From: the human T2T-CHM13v2.0 reference genome, Homo sapiens
Reading direction: 5' to 3' (one strand)
Assembly (NCBI RefSeq): GCF_009914755.1
Contig: NC_060925.1
Length of the DNA stretch: 64,000 nt
Under the pieces are notes generated by a model. The model worked only from the letters and a program-made list of their open reading frames with translations, was not told the DNA's origin and made no database searches. Positions 29,120 to 59,367 of the stretch are shown here, piece after piece (position 1 is the stretch's first letter; each line of letters starts with the position of its first letter). Made by a program: the position numbers and the translations under genes.

Positions 29120-29409
29120 AATGAAAAAAAAAAGAAAAAGAAAAAACTAAACAAAAAATCCCTCTAGGTAGTTTAGGTGAAAAATGTCCCTTTTATTTTG
29201 GCTTTGGTTGTGATTTCAGAGCATAATGCTATGTTTTTTTGTCTTTTTACTATGTTTTTCGGATTTTTAAGTCCGTAAGTGCATACAGTTTTCTCTAATT
29301 TTTAAACCCTTTCCTCCTCCCATTTTGACATTTGCACTTGGAGAACACTTGAGTTGTGAAGGTTTTGGGCATCCACCCCAGAAAGTGGGAATTTGATTTT
29401 ATCCTTCCG

Positions 29410-29417
29410 AACTGGAA
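29410..29417 (+). promoter_or_regulatory. miR-145-5p 8mer seed site 2 (AACTGGAA)
   Basis: Second exact 8mer in the same UTR. Confidence 0.65.
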
Positions 29418-29743
29418 GAACATTTTTATGAAGAATTTTTGTCTAGGAGAATATAACAGTGTTACCCAAGGTTGTGTCTTTAAGGGTGGTTCATTTTCTC
29501 TGACCTTTTGTTACTCAAAGTAAAGTACTAGGAGTCCTAAGAAATGTTCTGTTCTTGTACATTATACTGATTAAGTCAGGATTAATTTGATTTCAAAGCT
29601 GAGAACAGTGGTAAAAACTCGTTTACAGAAATGCATTTTGGAAGAGAAAAATACTGTAAAACGTGTCGTGAATGTTTCTTCAGTTTCTTGTTCAGCCAAT
29701 GAGGAAAGGGCATTGCCTTTCTTTTTACCATTAATCACTTCTC

Positions 29744-29749
29744 AATAAA
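29744..29749 (+). terminator. Canonical polyadenylation signal of YTHDF2
   Basis: AATAAA with upstream UGUA elements (near 29556 and 29656) and downstream U/GU-rich sequence (tattatttgagtctgctgtgtttt). Confidence 0.85.
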
Positions 29750-30376
29750 CGTGAGATCCTGTTGAGCATCACTTCTAGTACCATTTAGTATTATTTGAGT
29801 CTGCTGTGTTTTAAATATTTGGAGTATAAGGGGGTATAACAGGTGAGACGGCAACTAATTTTACAGAGTTTGTGCTAAGAGTAAACACTTCAGGCTTGCT
29901 TTGTACCCAGGGCTGGTTAACCATGACCTCTGCAAAAGCAAGGTGGGCTGATATTCATAATGCTTTATATCTGGATACTTTGCAGAGAATGTAGAGTCAT
30001 TGCTAAATCATTTGTTCAACAGATATTAAGACTATTGGGTGCCTGGCACTATGCTTAACTCCATGGAATCTGGCCAGCTATCTTAGATGCAGAGGAAGTA
30101 GAGCCCAGGAAATAAGTGTTTAATTTGAAATATTGGTTTTAGACAATATTCCATATGGATGCAGATCCCTGACAATAAAATTTCTGTGGTCTTGGGTCTT
30201 TGGGAACCTTATAACAATTGTAATAGCATTTCATTTCTTCTTGTTTATTTTCAACAGTTTTAGAGGCTTCTCTATCTTAAAAGATTTTCAGCTCTTAAGA
30301 TGTTCCCATTTTAGGCTGGTCACAGTGGCGCATGCCTGTAATCCCAGGACTTTGGGAGGCTGAGGCGGGTGGATTA

Positions 30377-30640
<264 letters not shown>

Positions 30641-30789
30641 TTATACTAAGAAAGGGTTATGGAAATGGATTTTAATACTGTTGGACAGAGTCGTGCCCTC
30701 AAAATTACTGAGTTCTACACAGCCCAGGACAGTAAAGTCAGGAGTACCAATAAAATTATTAAATGCTGGTTTCTAAATAGCTAGCTAGC

Positions 30790-31060
30790 TTGCTTTTCTT
30801 TCTTCTCTTTCTCCTTCCTTCCTTTCTTCCTCTCTCTTTCCTTCCTTCCTTCCCTTTCCATTCCTTCCTTCCCTTCCCTTTCCTTTCCTCCCTTCCCTTT
30901 CCTTTCCTCCCTTCCCTTCCCTTCTTGCCTTCCCCCCTTCCCTTCCCTTCCCTTCTTCCCTTCCCCCCTTCCCTTGCCTGTCCTTCTTTCCCTTCCCTTT
31001 TCCTTTTCTCTTTCCTTTTCCTCTCTTTTCTTTTCTCCTTTCTTTTCCCCTCTTTTGTTT
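30790..31060 (+). repeat. About 270-bp polypyrimidine/polypurine tract, (CCTT)n/(CCCTT)n
   Basis: Almost purine-free stretch at the tail of the antisense Alu that starts at 31066. Confidence 0.92.
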
Positions 31061-32389
31061 TTTCAAGGTCTCACTCTGTCTCCCTGGCTGGGGTGCAGTG
31101 GTGCACTCTCAGCTCACTGCAACCTCCACCTCCCGGGTTCAAGTGATTCTCCTGTCGCAGACTCCTGAGTAGCTGGGATTACAGGCGTGCGCCACTATGC
31201 CCGGATAATTTTTGTACTTTTAGTAGAGATGGGATTTCACCGTGTTGGCCAGGCTGGTTTCGAACTCACAACCTCAGGTGATCTGCCCACCTCGGCCTCC
31301 CCAAGTGCTGGGAATACAGGTGTGAGCCACTGTGCCCAGCCAATAGCACCATTATTGACATTTGCAGTCAAAAGCTTTTTTTGGCCTGTCAGAGGCACAG
31401 TACAATATTGCTAAATATTTCTGGCTGCCATCCTTTTTGAAGCACATTTACCTCAAATTTTGGGGGAGTTCCTTGTGTTTTTATCAGTAGGAAGGTGCTA
31501 GATTTCCTACTAATATGTATGGCACTCATCGTTTTCACTTTTAGCCCAAACTTCTGTGACTTGTAGAGGACTCCCTTGGGCTTCTTTAGTATTTGACCTT
31601 GAGAAGGGAAAATCCAGAGAAAAGCAAATTCAAAAGCAATTTTAACTAGATTTTCCTACATAGTATTTCAAGTTGGATATGAGATTATTCGAGATGATTA
31701 TTTGCAATTTGAAATGTTAGCAACATAGTAGTTCCCAGTATTTTATAGCACACATAGAAAGTACTGTTTCAGCTTTTAAGAGTAGACTGAAAAGAATTTG
31801 GAGCCCCTAATAAGGTTGCATACTTAGCCTTCCCTTTTGGATTTGTGAATTTTAGAAAAACCACATTGGCTTTTCTTGTAGTATAAAAAATCAGACTGTT
31901 CTTTACTAAAGACTCCAAAATGCAGCTAAACCAGTTTTCTTATTGTTAAAGACAACTTTGCCGGTATTTTTAATAGAGACAGGGTTTCACCATGTTGGCC
32001 AAGCTGGTCTGGAACTCCTGACCTCAAGCGATCTGCCTGCCTCGGCCTCCCAAAGTGCTGGGGTTACAGGCGTGAGCCACCGTGCCCAGCCTGAGGCTGG
32101 TGCCTTGGGAGGCCGAGGCAGGCGGATCGCTTGAGGTCAGGAGTTTGAGACTAGTTTGGCCGACATGGTGAAACCCCGTCTCTACTAAATATACATAAAT
32201 TAGCTGGGTGTGATGGTGTGCACCTGTAATCCTAACTAGTCAGGAGGCTGAGGCAGGAGAGTTGCTGGAACCTGTGAGGCAGAGGTTGCAGTGAGCTGAG
32301 ACACCACTGCACTCCATCCTCAAAATAAATTTCACTTTCCCTCAATTTTATTTTAGCTGTATTTGATTGGTTATCTTCTCTTAGTGTGT

Positions 32390-33500
<1,111 letters not shown>

Positions 33501-34477
33501 GGTGGTCTGGCTTTGTGGCTTATGCCTGTAACCCCAGCACTTTGGGAAGTTGAGGTGGGAGGATTCCTTGAACCTGGGAATTTGATACCAGCCTGTGCAA
33601 CATATTGAGACCTGGTCTCTACAGAAAATAAGCCAGGTGTGGTATGCTCCTGTAGTCCCATCTGCTGGGGAGGCTGAGGTGGGAGGATGACTTGATCAGG
33701 GGAGGTTGAGGTTGCAGTGAGCTGCCTAACAGCAAGGCCCTGTCTCAGAAAAATTTTCTGGTGTCTGCCCTTCTGGTACTGTAAGATGTTCCCTGGGAAT
33801 CTTGTATTTTCCCTGCCCCAATTCCACTTTTTTCCAAGAAATTCTGCTTCCTTTTATTGGAGAATGTTTCAGAATTATCGAGGTGTTTTTTCGTTTTGTT
33901 TTGTTTTTTGCTTTTAAGATACAGCGTCTCTTGCCCAGGCTGGAGTGCAGTGGCGCAGTCTCGGCTCACTGCAATCTCTGCCGCCTGGATTCAAGTGATT
34001 CTCCTGCCTCAGCCTGCTGAGCAGCTGGGATTACAGGTGCCTGCCACCGTGCCCGGCTAATTTTTGTAGTTTTAGTAGAGACAGGGTTTCACCTTGTTGG
34101 CCACGCTGTTCTCAAACTCCTGACCTCGTGGTCCAGCTGCCTTGGCATCCCAAAGTGCTGGGATTACAGGCGTGAGCCACCGTGCCCGGCCCTATTGAAC
34201 TTTTTTTAAAGGCAATTCTTCAAATTGCAATGGATTATTAAACTGGGACTTATTACCAGGGTAAGTGGAGAATTATTGAGACTAATCAAAACACTTAACC
34301 ACTTTATTTTGTCCTCACCTTTTAAAAAGCTACATGTGAATGAATCCTCTGGAATTAGAGGGCTTCCACTTGACAGTACTTCAGCTAGGGTATGGCTCAG
34401 TGCTCATGGGTTTACATCCTTTCACGATGTCTCTGTTAAGCCTTGTAAATAGAGACCCCAAAACGTTAGAAGTCCTA

Positions 34478-34866
<389 letters not shown>

Positions 34867-35169
34867 CTAAAAAAATTAAGTTTTCGTTTTTCATTATGGA
34901 GCTAACATTGCACTTGATGTTACCACTTATTTGACTTTTATTTGAAAGTTGACTTGTGGCCTGCGTGTCATGAATGTTTTGAAAATGAGAGTGGAAGTAA
35001 AGGTGTCCCTAGGATTCAGATCTGTAAGTCCACTTGCAATCAATTTTTTCTGCTTTAGGAAGCAATGCCACTTTGTCATGAGCATCGCTCATCGCTAGTG
35101 GTTTCTGGGCAGCTGGTGCACCTCCTTACTACTGAGAAGCCTTTGGAACTGTGATGTTTAATTACAGCT

Positions 35170-35720
35170 GCCGGGTTTGCACGTGGGAAGCTGACATGGT
35201 GTGGTGAAAGCCAGCGGTCTTCAGCTAGTGGAGGGAATTACAGAAGGTCCCACGCCCTTTAGGGCCCTTGGCTCCGGGTTTCCGGGACAGGCTCTGGAGC
35301 TCCGCCTGCGGGGGCCGGGCTTGGCGGCTGGACGGCGCGTGCGCCGTGCCTGCGGATGGAGGAGGGCCACCTTCTGCCCGGCTGTAGCCAGGTTCCCTCC
35401 ATGCTTCCCCACCCCGTCGCAGCCTGGTTTTTGTACGCCTTCTCTCTGACGGCGGTTGTGCCACCTTGAGCTGCGGCTCAAGATGGTGTCCGCCCTTGCT
35501 TCTGCGCCTGTGCGGAAGCGCCCGGCCCTCACCTGCGCAGGTGAGCTGGGTCGTCTGAGAGGGAAATGGGGTTTCACACCACCCTGCTAACCAGGCAAAG
35601 ATGACATTCGTGTCATGTGTAGCTTATTGCTTTCTTCGGCCTCTTCAATAATGCTCAGACATGAGGCTTGGTAAAGGTTGGAAAGCTGTTAGCCGACCTG
35701 CGGGCCGTGGGTTCATGTAC
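35170..35720. promoter_or_regulatory. Orphan CpG island / promoter-like element
   Basis: Non-repeat, GC- and CpG-rich stretch. Motifs: E-box CACGTG (35180), NRF1-like GCGCGTGCGC (35335-35344), YY1-like CAAGATGG (35479), ETS GCGGAAG (35512), donor CAG|GTGAG (35540/35541). Confidence 0.75.
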
Positions 35721-36082
35721 TCGAAAAAGTTGAGGTGCCTCTGAAGGGCAGCTCCCCGAGGAAACTCCCAATTTTGCTGCCCTCTCCAGGTGTGCGTGTG
35801 AGTGTACTCATCTGTTGTTTCCATGTGTTAGTTAACCTGTATTTTGTGAGCTCCTGTCGCTACTATTGTTGGGCATTGGGGAAAAGAGAAATAAATGAAG
35901 ATTCTTGTTTTCTCAGCATCCTGTTTAAGGAATATACCATCTTATATTTGGCGAGCTCCATAAGAGCAGAGCTACCCAGAAAACTGCCCCTATCTATATT
36001 GGCGTTTTTTCCCTAGCTTTTCTTTATCTCTGGAAACCACAGGAGCCCTTCGCCTCTTCATCGTCCTCCACAGCTCAGCTCT

Positions 36083-41028
<4,946 letters not shown>

Positions 41029-41202
41029 TCAAACCCAACACTTTTAAACACAAACCTTGTCCTTCCTCATCTGCTCCATCTCATTAATAATGAACACATC
41101 CTTCCAGTTTCTCAGACCAAATCCTGGGAGTAATGTTTGGCTCCCTTTGTCACATCCTACATCAGATTAGTCAGTTATATTTTCTTGGTGACCATGTCTC
41201 AC

Positions 41203-41681
41203 TGTAGCAGGACAAGCCGCAGACAAAACCCCTCAGACACCGAGTTAAAGAAGGAAGGGCTTTATTCAGCCGGGAGCTTCGACAAGACTCACATCTCCAA
41301 CAACTGAGCTCCCCGAGTGAGCAATTCCTGACCCTTTTAAGGGCTCACAACTCTAAGGGGGTCCACGTGAGAGGGTCGTGATCCAATGAGCAAGCAAGGG
41401 GTATGTGACTGGGGGCTGTATGCACCGGTAATCAGATCTGAACGGAACAGGACAGGGATTTTCACAGTGCTTTTCCATACAATGTCTGGAATCTATAGAT
41501 AACATAACCGATTAGGTCAGGGGTCAGATTAGGTCAGGGGTCGATCTTAACTGCCAGGCCCAGGGCACGGCGCCGGGCTGTCTGCTTGTGGATTTCATTT
41601 CTGCCTTGTAGTTTTTACTTCTTCTTTCTTTGGAGGCAGAAATTGGGTATAAGACGATATGAGGGGTGGTCTCCTCCCTTA
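41203..41681 (-). mobile_element. Solo LTR of the LTR2 (HERV-E/Harlequin, ERV1) family
   Basis: The minus strand reads TAAGGGAGGAGACCACCCCTCATAT...AATAAAGCCCTTCCTTCTTTAACTCGGTGTCTGAGG...GTCCTGCTACA, matching the LTR2 consensus. A 4-bp TSD TCAC lies at 41199-41202 and 41682-41685. Confidence 0.9.
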
Positions 41682-42634
41682 TCACCATATCCATCCTGGG
41701 CCAAGTCACCATCCTCTCATCTGGACGATTGCAGTAATCTCCTGGCTAGTTTCTATTTCCACCTTTGCTTCCTCCAGTCTGTTCTCCACACAGCAGCAGA
41801 GGGATCCCATAAAATGTGCACCAAATCACGTCGCTTCTCAGCTCACCCTCTCATGGCCCCCATCTCACTTAGAGTAAACGCTAAACCCTTCAACGGCCGA
41901 CAAAGCCTTGACCATCTGAGGCCCATCTCCAGTCTCTCCTTACCTCCCGCTGTTCCTGTCTGCTCCACTCACTGTGGCCTCCAGACATGCAGGCTCCTGC
42001 TAGAGGATCTTCTTCCCAGCTGCCCCTTCCCCCAGAATACTCTTCCCTCATATATCTGCAAGGCCCACTTACTTCTTCACCTCCTTCAGGTTTTACAGCA
42101 GGGACGACCTAATCAGTGAGGTCTCCCGAATATCCTCTCTACACTCACCATCCCCATCCCCCACATTGCCTGTCCCCTTTGCTCCAGGCTGGCCACAGGG
42201 TGTGGTATATCTGAGATTCCACCCACCCCAGATCTGTGTCTTTCTACCCTGAGGCAGGGAGTCAAGAAAGCCAACAGAAAGCTGCCCAACAACAACAAAA
42301 AGGAATATGTCAGTAATTATTGGCGCATAGAATTTCAAGATTACAGTTTCTACTCAAATTCCAACTCCTTCTGCTTCACTAAAGTGAAAGAACACTGATG
42401 TGGGAGTCAGAAACGTTGGATTCTAGGCCAGGATCCACCACTACAGAGCTCTGACCTGTGACAAGCAAGTCGTTAGGCTTGGCCTGTTTGGGAAGTGAGG
42501 GACCTGGGCTGCATGATCTGTGAGATTAACCCACTCCCATCAGCATGTCTTGTGAGCTCCACTTCCAAAATAAATCCCCACATCGCCAGTGTTTCTCCAC
42601 CCCCATTGCTGTCACCCTACCCATGCCATGGCAT

Positions 42635-48432
<5,798 letters not shown>

Positions 48433-48499
48433 CTGCTTATATTTTTATAGCAACCAATGTCATCCGTCACTTCCATGTGAAGTCCACTGGAAACATTTC

Positions 48500-50055
<1,556 letters not shown>

Positions 50056-50100
50056 GGATGTGTCCTTTTCATTTGGATCTGGTTTTTTTAGAACATTTGA

Positions 50101-50520
<420 letters not shown>

Positions 50521-50912
50521 TGACATCTTCCCGACTGGGGAAGGTAAACACCCAGCCTGCACAGAGGTCTGCTGCCAAAGCCCTTCCCTGCAGTCAAATC
50601 ATCCTATGGGAAGGCAGCCTGAGGGTGTCACACAAACAACACGGGCTTTCAGTGGAGACGGATTCTAGTTTCCAGTCTTGCACTTACTAGTTGTGGGCAC
50701 AGGGCACTCAGTGTTTCTGACCCTCAGCTTTCCTGCCTGTGGAGGCGTGCGTGATAACATGTGGGCCCCAGGGAGGAGTTCATGAGCTGTCGCAAAGCAC
50801 ATTGGGACCATGAGTGGTTTGCTTCTTTCCTCAACGTGAGGCGGTGCTGGTTAGTGGCTAGCTGTCTGGGTTCTGCGTCAGACAGACCAGTGTCTGAATC
50901 TGTCACTTCTTA

Positions 50913-51446
<534 letters not shown>

Positions 51447-51645
51447 TCAGCAGCTCTGATCTGCATTGGTGAATTCATAAGGGAACTATTTATCAAGCAT
51501 CTAATTTGTGGAGGATCCTGCAGGGGCTGCCATCCAATGGGCTCTTGGCTCCCAAGTCTAGTAGAGAAGACACGTACATAAGCCAGGAAGCTTTCACATG
51601 TTCACATGGAAAGCATAAAGGGCCTAAGAAAGATTTCGTTTTTTA

Positions 51646-52237
<592 letters not shown>

Positions 52238-52518
52238 TAATTTACATACAGTAAAGTACACAAATCTTAAGTGTACCATTGGATGAATTTTTGCATATTT
52301 TGCACACGCCCAGATGCCACTACCCAAATCAAGATAAAGAACATTTCCAACACCCCAGAAAATTCCCTCATGCCTCCTCCTAGTCAATAGCCTAGAAGAA
52401 ACCGCTCTTTTGACCTCTGTCACCAAAGATTGTTTTGCTGGTGCTAGAACTTCATAAACATGGAGTCATATAGTATGTACTCTTTTGCTTCTACCCTTTT
52501 TGATTCAACACGTTTTTG
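52238..52518 (-). mobile_element. Old L1M (L1MB/ME-type) 3' fragment
   Basis: taatttacatacagtaaagtacacaaatcttaagtgtac...agaacatttccaacacccca...tagaacttcataaacatggagtcata. Confidence 0.65.
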
Positions 52519-53441
52519 AGGTTGGGCATGGTGGCTTACGCCTGTAATCTCAACACTTTGGGAGGCTGGGGCGGGAGGATTGCTTGAGCCCAGGAGTTCA
52601 CCAGCCTGGGCAACATGGTGACACTCCATCTCCACAAAAAATAAAAAATTAGCTGGGAGTGGTGATGCATGCCTGTGGTCCCAGCTACTTGGGAGGGACC
52701 CAGGAGTTGTTGGAGGCTGCAGTGAGCTATGAGGGAACCACTGCACTCTAGCCTGGGTGAAAAAGTGAGACCTTGTCTTAAAAAAAAAAAAAAAAAAAAA
52801 AAGGACATGTGGCCAGAGAAGAAACTGCAGGGGGTGGAAATGGCCACTTTCTCTCCCTTGGTGGCTCAGTAACAGAAGATCTAAACAAAGCACTTAAATT
52901 TCCGTTAATGGAGTCAGGAATCATCAGTAAGTGGTTTTAGAGATTATTTGCTATCTGTTTACAATGCAAAAAAAAAAAAGTTTGGGCTTATGTAATTGCA
53001 AAAGTCATAGTCAGGGAGGTAATTATCAAGTGTAACATGAGTGTTCTATTTTTGGGCCTCAGTGCTAGCTCTTCTGGCCCTTCATTCCCTTTGGCTAATG
53101 TGATTCTGAGTTGTTTTTGCTGGTTCTCTTCTGTTGGAGGTGGCTGGATGATGGGAGGCGATGGTTGGGGGAAATACAGAGTGGAATATGATAAATCACA
53201 TTTCTGCTGGGTTTTACTGTTCACAAAGCACCTGTATAGACAGCATCTCACTCGATAGCAATCCAGGAGGGAGGCAGGGGTACCAGTCACAGTTATTGAT
53301 TGGAAACAACAGAAACCAATTCTGGGTAGTTTAAGGAGAGAAGGAATGGATTGGGAGGTTATCAAACAGCTCACTGAGTCAAAGGGAAAACTGGAGAACT
53401 AGGGTTAGAAAACAGGCAGGAATCAAAGAAGGCTTGTGTAA

Positions 53442-53921
<480 letters not shown>

Positions 53922-54699
53922 TGAGCGAAGGCAGAAAGGTCAGAAAGAATGTTGAGAGTACAGCTGGGGTTCACAATTTGTGCAAGGGAGAAGGGGGAGA
54001 GACAGCTGGGGAGGTAGGTTGAGGCTACATTGTGCAGAGCGTGCTTCCGGGATGAGTTAGTACTTAAACCCATGGCAGTAAGGACCCACTGGAGGTTTGT
54101 GAGTAAGAGAATGAGATTTGCTAGTTGCACTTTAGGAATAATAACCTGGTACCTATGAGAGGCAGGAGAAGCCTGGACTGAGGCCAGCTGACGTAGGGAA
54201 CAACAGTGTCAGCCGTACCAGAGAGACTGAGGGGAATGGAAACCAAGAAAGCGCTTTGGGGCCTGGGTCCTTGGCAGCCACAGAGGAGGCAGCATCAAGA
54301 GTGTGCTGGGGCTGAGGCCAGTTTGCGAAGTGTTAGGGACTGACTGGGTGATGAGGAAGTGGAGTTTCGGACAGGTGAGGACAAAGATGTCAAGTGCCAG
54401 CTCCCCACCCCCTGCCCTAGCCTGCCACTGCCCTCAGCTATTTCTGGGCTTCCCATTCCCCACCATGGCTGCCCCCTGCCCAGAGCTGAGCTGCCCCTCT
54501 GGAGCCCTCTCCTTTAGCCTGGCTCCCCAGCTGCACATGGACTCTTAGCATCTGAAGAGACTTTAGATGAGAACGTGGAGTCTTGGGGAAAGGAAGGGAA
54601 GGAACTTGCTGAGGACACACAACCAGGGAGACACGGTGCCAGCAACGAAGCTCCGTCTCCTCTGTTCTATTAGGGCTCTTCTCTCCAACCCTGGTGTAC

Positions 54700-54989
<290 letters not shown>

Positions 54990-55301
54990 TAATTTTTGTA
55001 TTTTTTGTAGAGATGGGGTTTTGCCATGTTACCCCGGGCTGGTCTGGAACTCCTGAGCTCAAGCGATCCACCCATCTCCACCTCCCAAAGTGCTGGGATT
55101 ACAAGTGTAAGCCACCGCACCGGCCTAGGGTGTAGTATTTATATGAGAGTCTCCGTTCTATCTCCCTACCCTGTATGGCCAGAACCTGGACCCTGGCTAG
55201 TTCCCTGCCATTCTCCTAATGCATTTCCCCACCCTGGGACTCTTCCCTTGCTCTTCTCACCCTCACGTCAGATGATCACTTCAGTGGCTCCTCATGGATT
55301 A

Positions 55302-55637
<336 letters not shown>

Positions 55638-57220
55638 TCAACCAAGTAGCATTTCAGGCCTCTGCAGTAGGGCCTCAACACAATTTTGCAATCTCACCGC
55701 TAGTCACTCCCAGCTGGGCAGTCATCAGGCAAGCAGAAGCTGTAACTTGGGGGTGCCCAGGAGAAGTGCATGCCACCTCCTGGGCACTTGAAGCCACCTG
55801 CCTGGCAAACAATTTCCCACCCCCGCTGCCATTCATATTCTCCTTAGACTTAATTTGCCCTTTTTATTCATAATGTAGCAGGGATGGGGAAAATCCTATT
55901 TATTTAATTAATTTATTTATTTTCAGATGGAGTCCCTGTCGCCCAGGCTGGAGACAGTGGCACGATCTTGGCTCACTGCAACCTCCACCTCCCAGGTTCA
56001 AGTAATTCTCCTGTCTCAGCCTCCTGAGTAGCTGGGATTACAGGCACCCGCCACCACGCCCGGCTAATTTTTTGTATTTTTAGTAGAGACGAGGTTTCAC
56101 CATGTTAGCCAGGCTGGTCTTGAACTCCTGACCTCAAGTGATCTGCCTGCCTCAGCCTCCCAAAGTGTTGGGATTACAGGCATGAGCCATCGCGTCTGGC
56201 AAAAGTCCTATTTTAAAAACCTGCCTGCAATGGTAGAATTTGTTATGTATGTTCAACTAAGGAAAAAAAAAGCTGCCTGGCAGCATTGCATTTTCTATAT
56301 GCAGCCAGATTCCATCCTGGTGGAAAACTGCCTATTTTTGGACAACATACCTACTTGGCCTTCTCGTTATGCAATGCAAGTCCCAGAGTGAATGTGGTGG
56401 GAGAAATTGAGGCCAAAAGAGCTAAACTGCTTTGCACAATGAGGTAAAGGGCATCTTTCTGGGTGGAAAGGTTGTTTGGTTATTAGTAGTTTTTGTCGTT
56501 TGTTTGTCTTTGGTTGCAGATGTTGTTGTGGTTTTCTTTCTCTGGAAGATCCGGGAAATGGGGTGGGGCAGTTTGGGCTCAGCGAAGAAAGGGCAGGAAC
56601 GGAAGAGCTTGATGTGAGCAGGGAGTCCTCCGCTGACATGAGGGTGGGAGGCTGGGGGGACAGCAGGGTCTCTGAGGAGGGGCTTTTGGATATCAACATT
56701 TGAGTTTTCCTGTAAGACGTCAAGCTGTCAGCAAGGCTTGTTAGCTGGCACCCCTGGAACTGGCCTGTGGCACACATTGCCTTGGGGAATGAAGGGAAGA
56801 ATAGCAACTCCCTCTCTGGGCAAAGGTGACTGTGACTGTGACCGAGAGCCTTGTAGCAACTTGATTAAGGCCTGGCATGGAGTTGGGAGGGAGAAAGGTG
56901 GGAGCGGACACTGCCTTGTTAACTTTCCTGGACTTGAGAGCAACCGGGACGCAGCTCTGGGTCTGGTAGGCAAATGGCCAGGCGTGAGCTCTCTGGAGAG
57001 AAGGACAGGACACTTGGGGCCGCTCTCACACTTGCTATGGAAAGAGACAAGGGTGAGGGGAGAGAGAGAGTAGGAGGGAGACAGAGAGATGGGCAACTCT
57101 TGCAAGTCTCCCTTGGCGCTGTCTTCATTTTCATGGCAGCTTAAAGTGCGAAATGAATCACGTTTCCAAATGCAGTGGACGAACAAGTCCCGCTTCTCTC
57201 CTGTCTCTCTCCCATCCCCT

Positions 57221-58818
<1,598 letters not shown>

Positions 58819-59367
58819 TACGTCCTTGCATCTCCCACCCTAGATCCTGTTGTTTTTAATGTGATCTCTCTTACTCACTTGTCTCTGAGAGCTAATGCCT
58901 TTGGGTTCAGGTTTGTACTTCCTACCTCCAGTGGTTTATCAAAGTGTTATCTTAAAGAGAGACAGTTTCCTCCGTAAGGAACCTGCTGCCATCTGTTAAG
59001 ACAGCAGTTCTTCCCGACCTGTCAGACACATCCATCTATTTTTTTTTAAACATAAGCGGGCTAATTCTGCATATTCTCTATGACAAACAAAGTGATATTC
59101 TTTGCACTATTTTACAAAAGAGGAAACTGACCCTGAAGTCTTGGCCTTTGCCTAAAAGCTGCCCTGTCTAACCCTCCACCTGAATCAGCCTTGAGGTCAG
59201 TCCAAGTTGTGCCCTTCAGCACACTTGCAAACATCTCTAATTAGTCTGTTTCATGATGTGTTTCTTATTTATTGCTCCCTCCCTGAACTGGAATGTGAAC
59301 TTAGCAAGGCCACCGACCTGTCTGCTGTGTGCACTGCTCTGTCTTCAGAACTAAGCACACAGTAGGT

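Larger units (their letters stand above)
28949..29771 (+). other. YTHDF2: YTHDF2 3'UTR
   Basis: Repeat-free AU-rich sequence from the stop codon to about 20 nt past AATAAA (29744-29749). The exact cleavage site is estimated. Confidence 0.85.

Noticed and set aside
30785-31146. K/R/E/G-rich and F/L/P/S-rich ORFs
   Set aside because: Translations of the (CCTT)n simple repeat.
35201-35577. ORFs across the CpG island
   Set aside because: High GC content suppresses stop codons; several use non-ATG starts and none resembles a protein family I recognise.
41586-42119. 177-aa ORF next to the LTR as a possible retroviral gene
   Set aside because: It spans the LTR/L2 junction. TSDs on both sides show the LTR is solo, and there are no gag/pol/env motifs.
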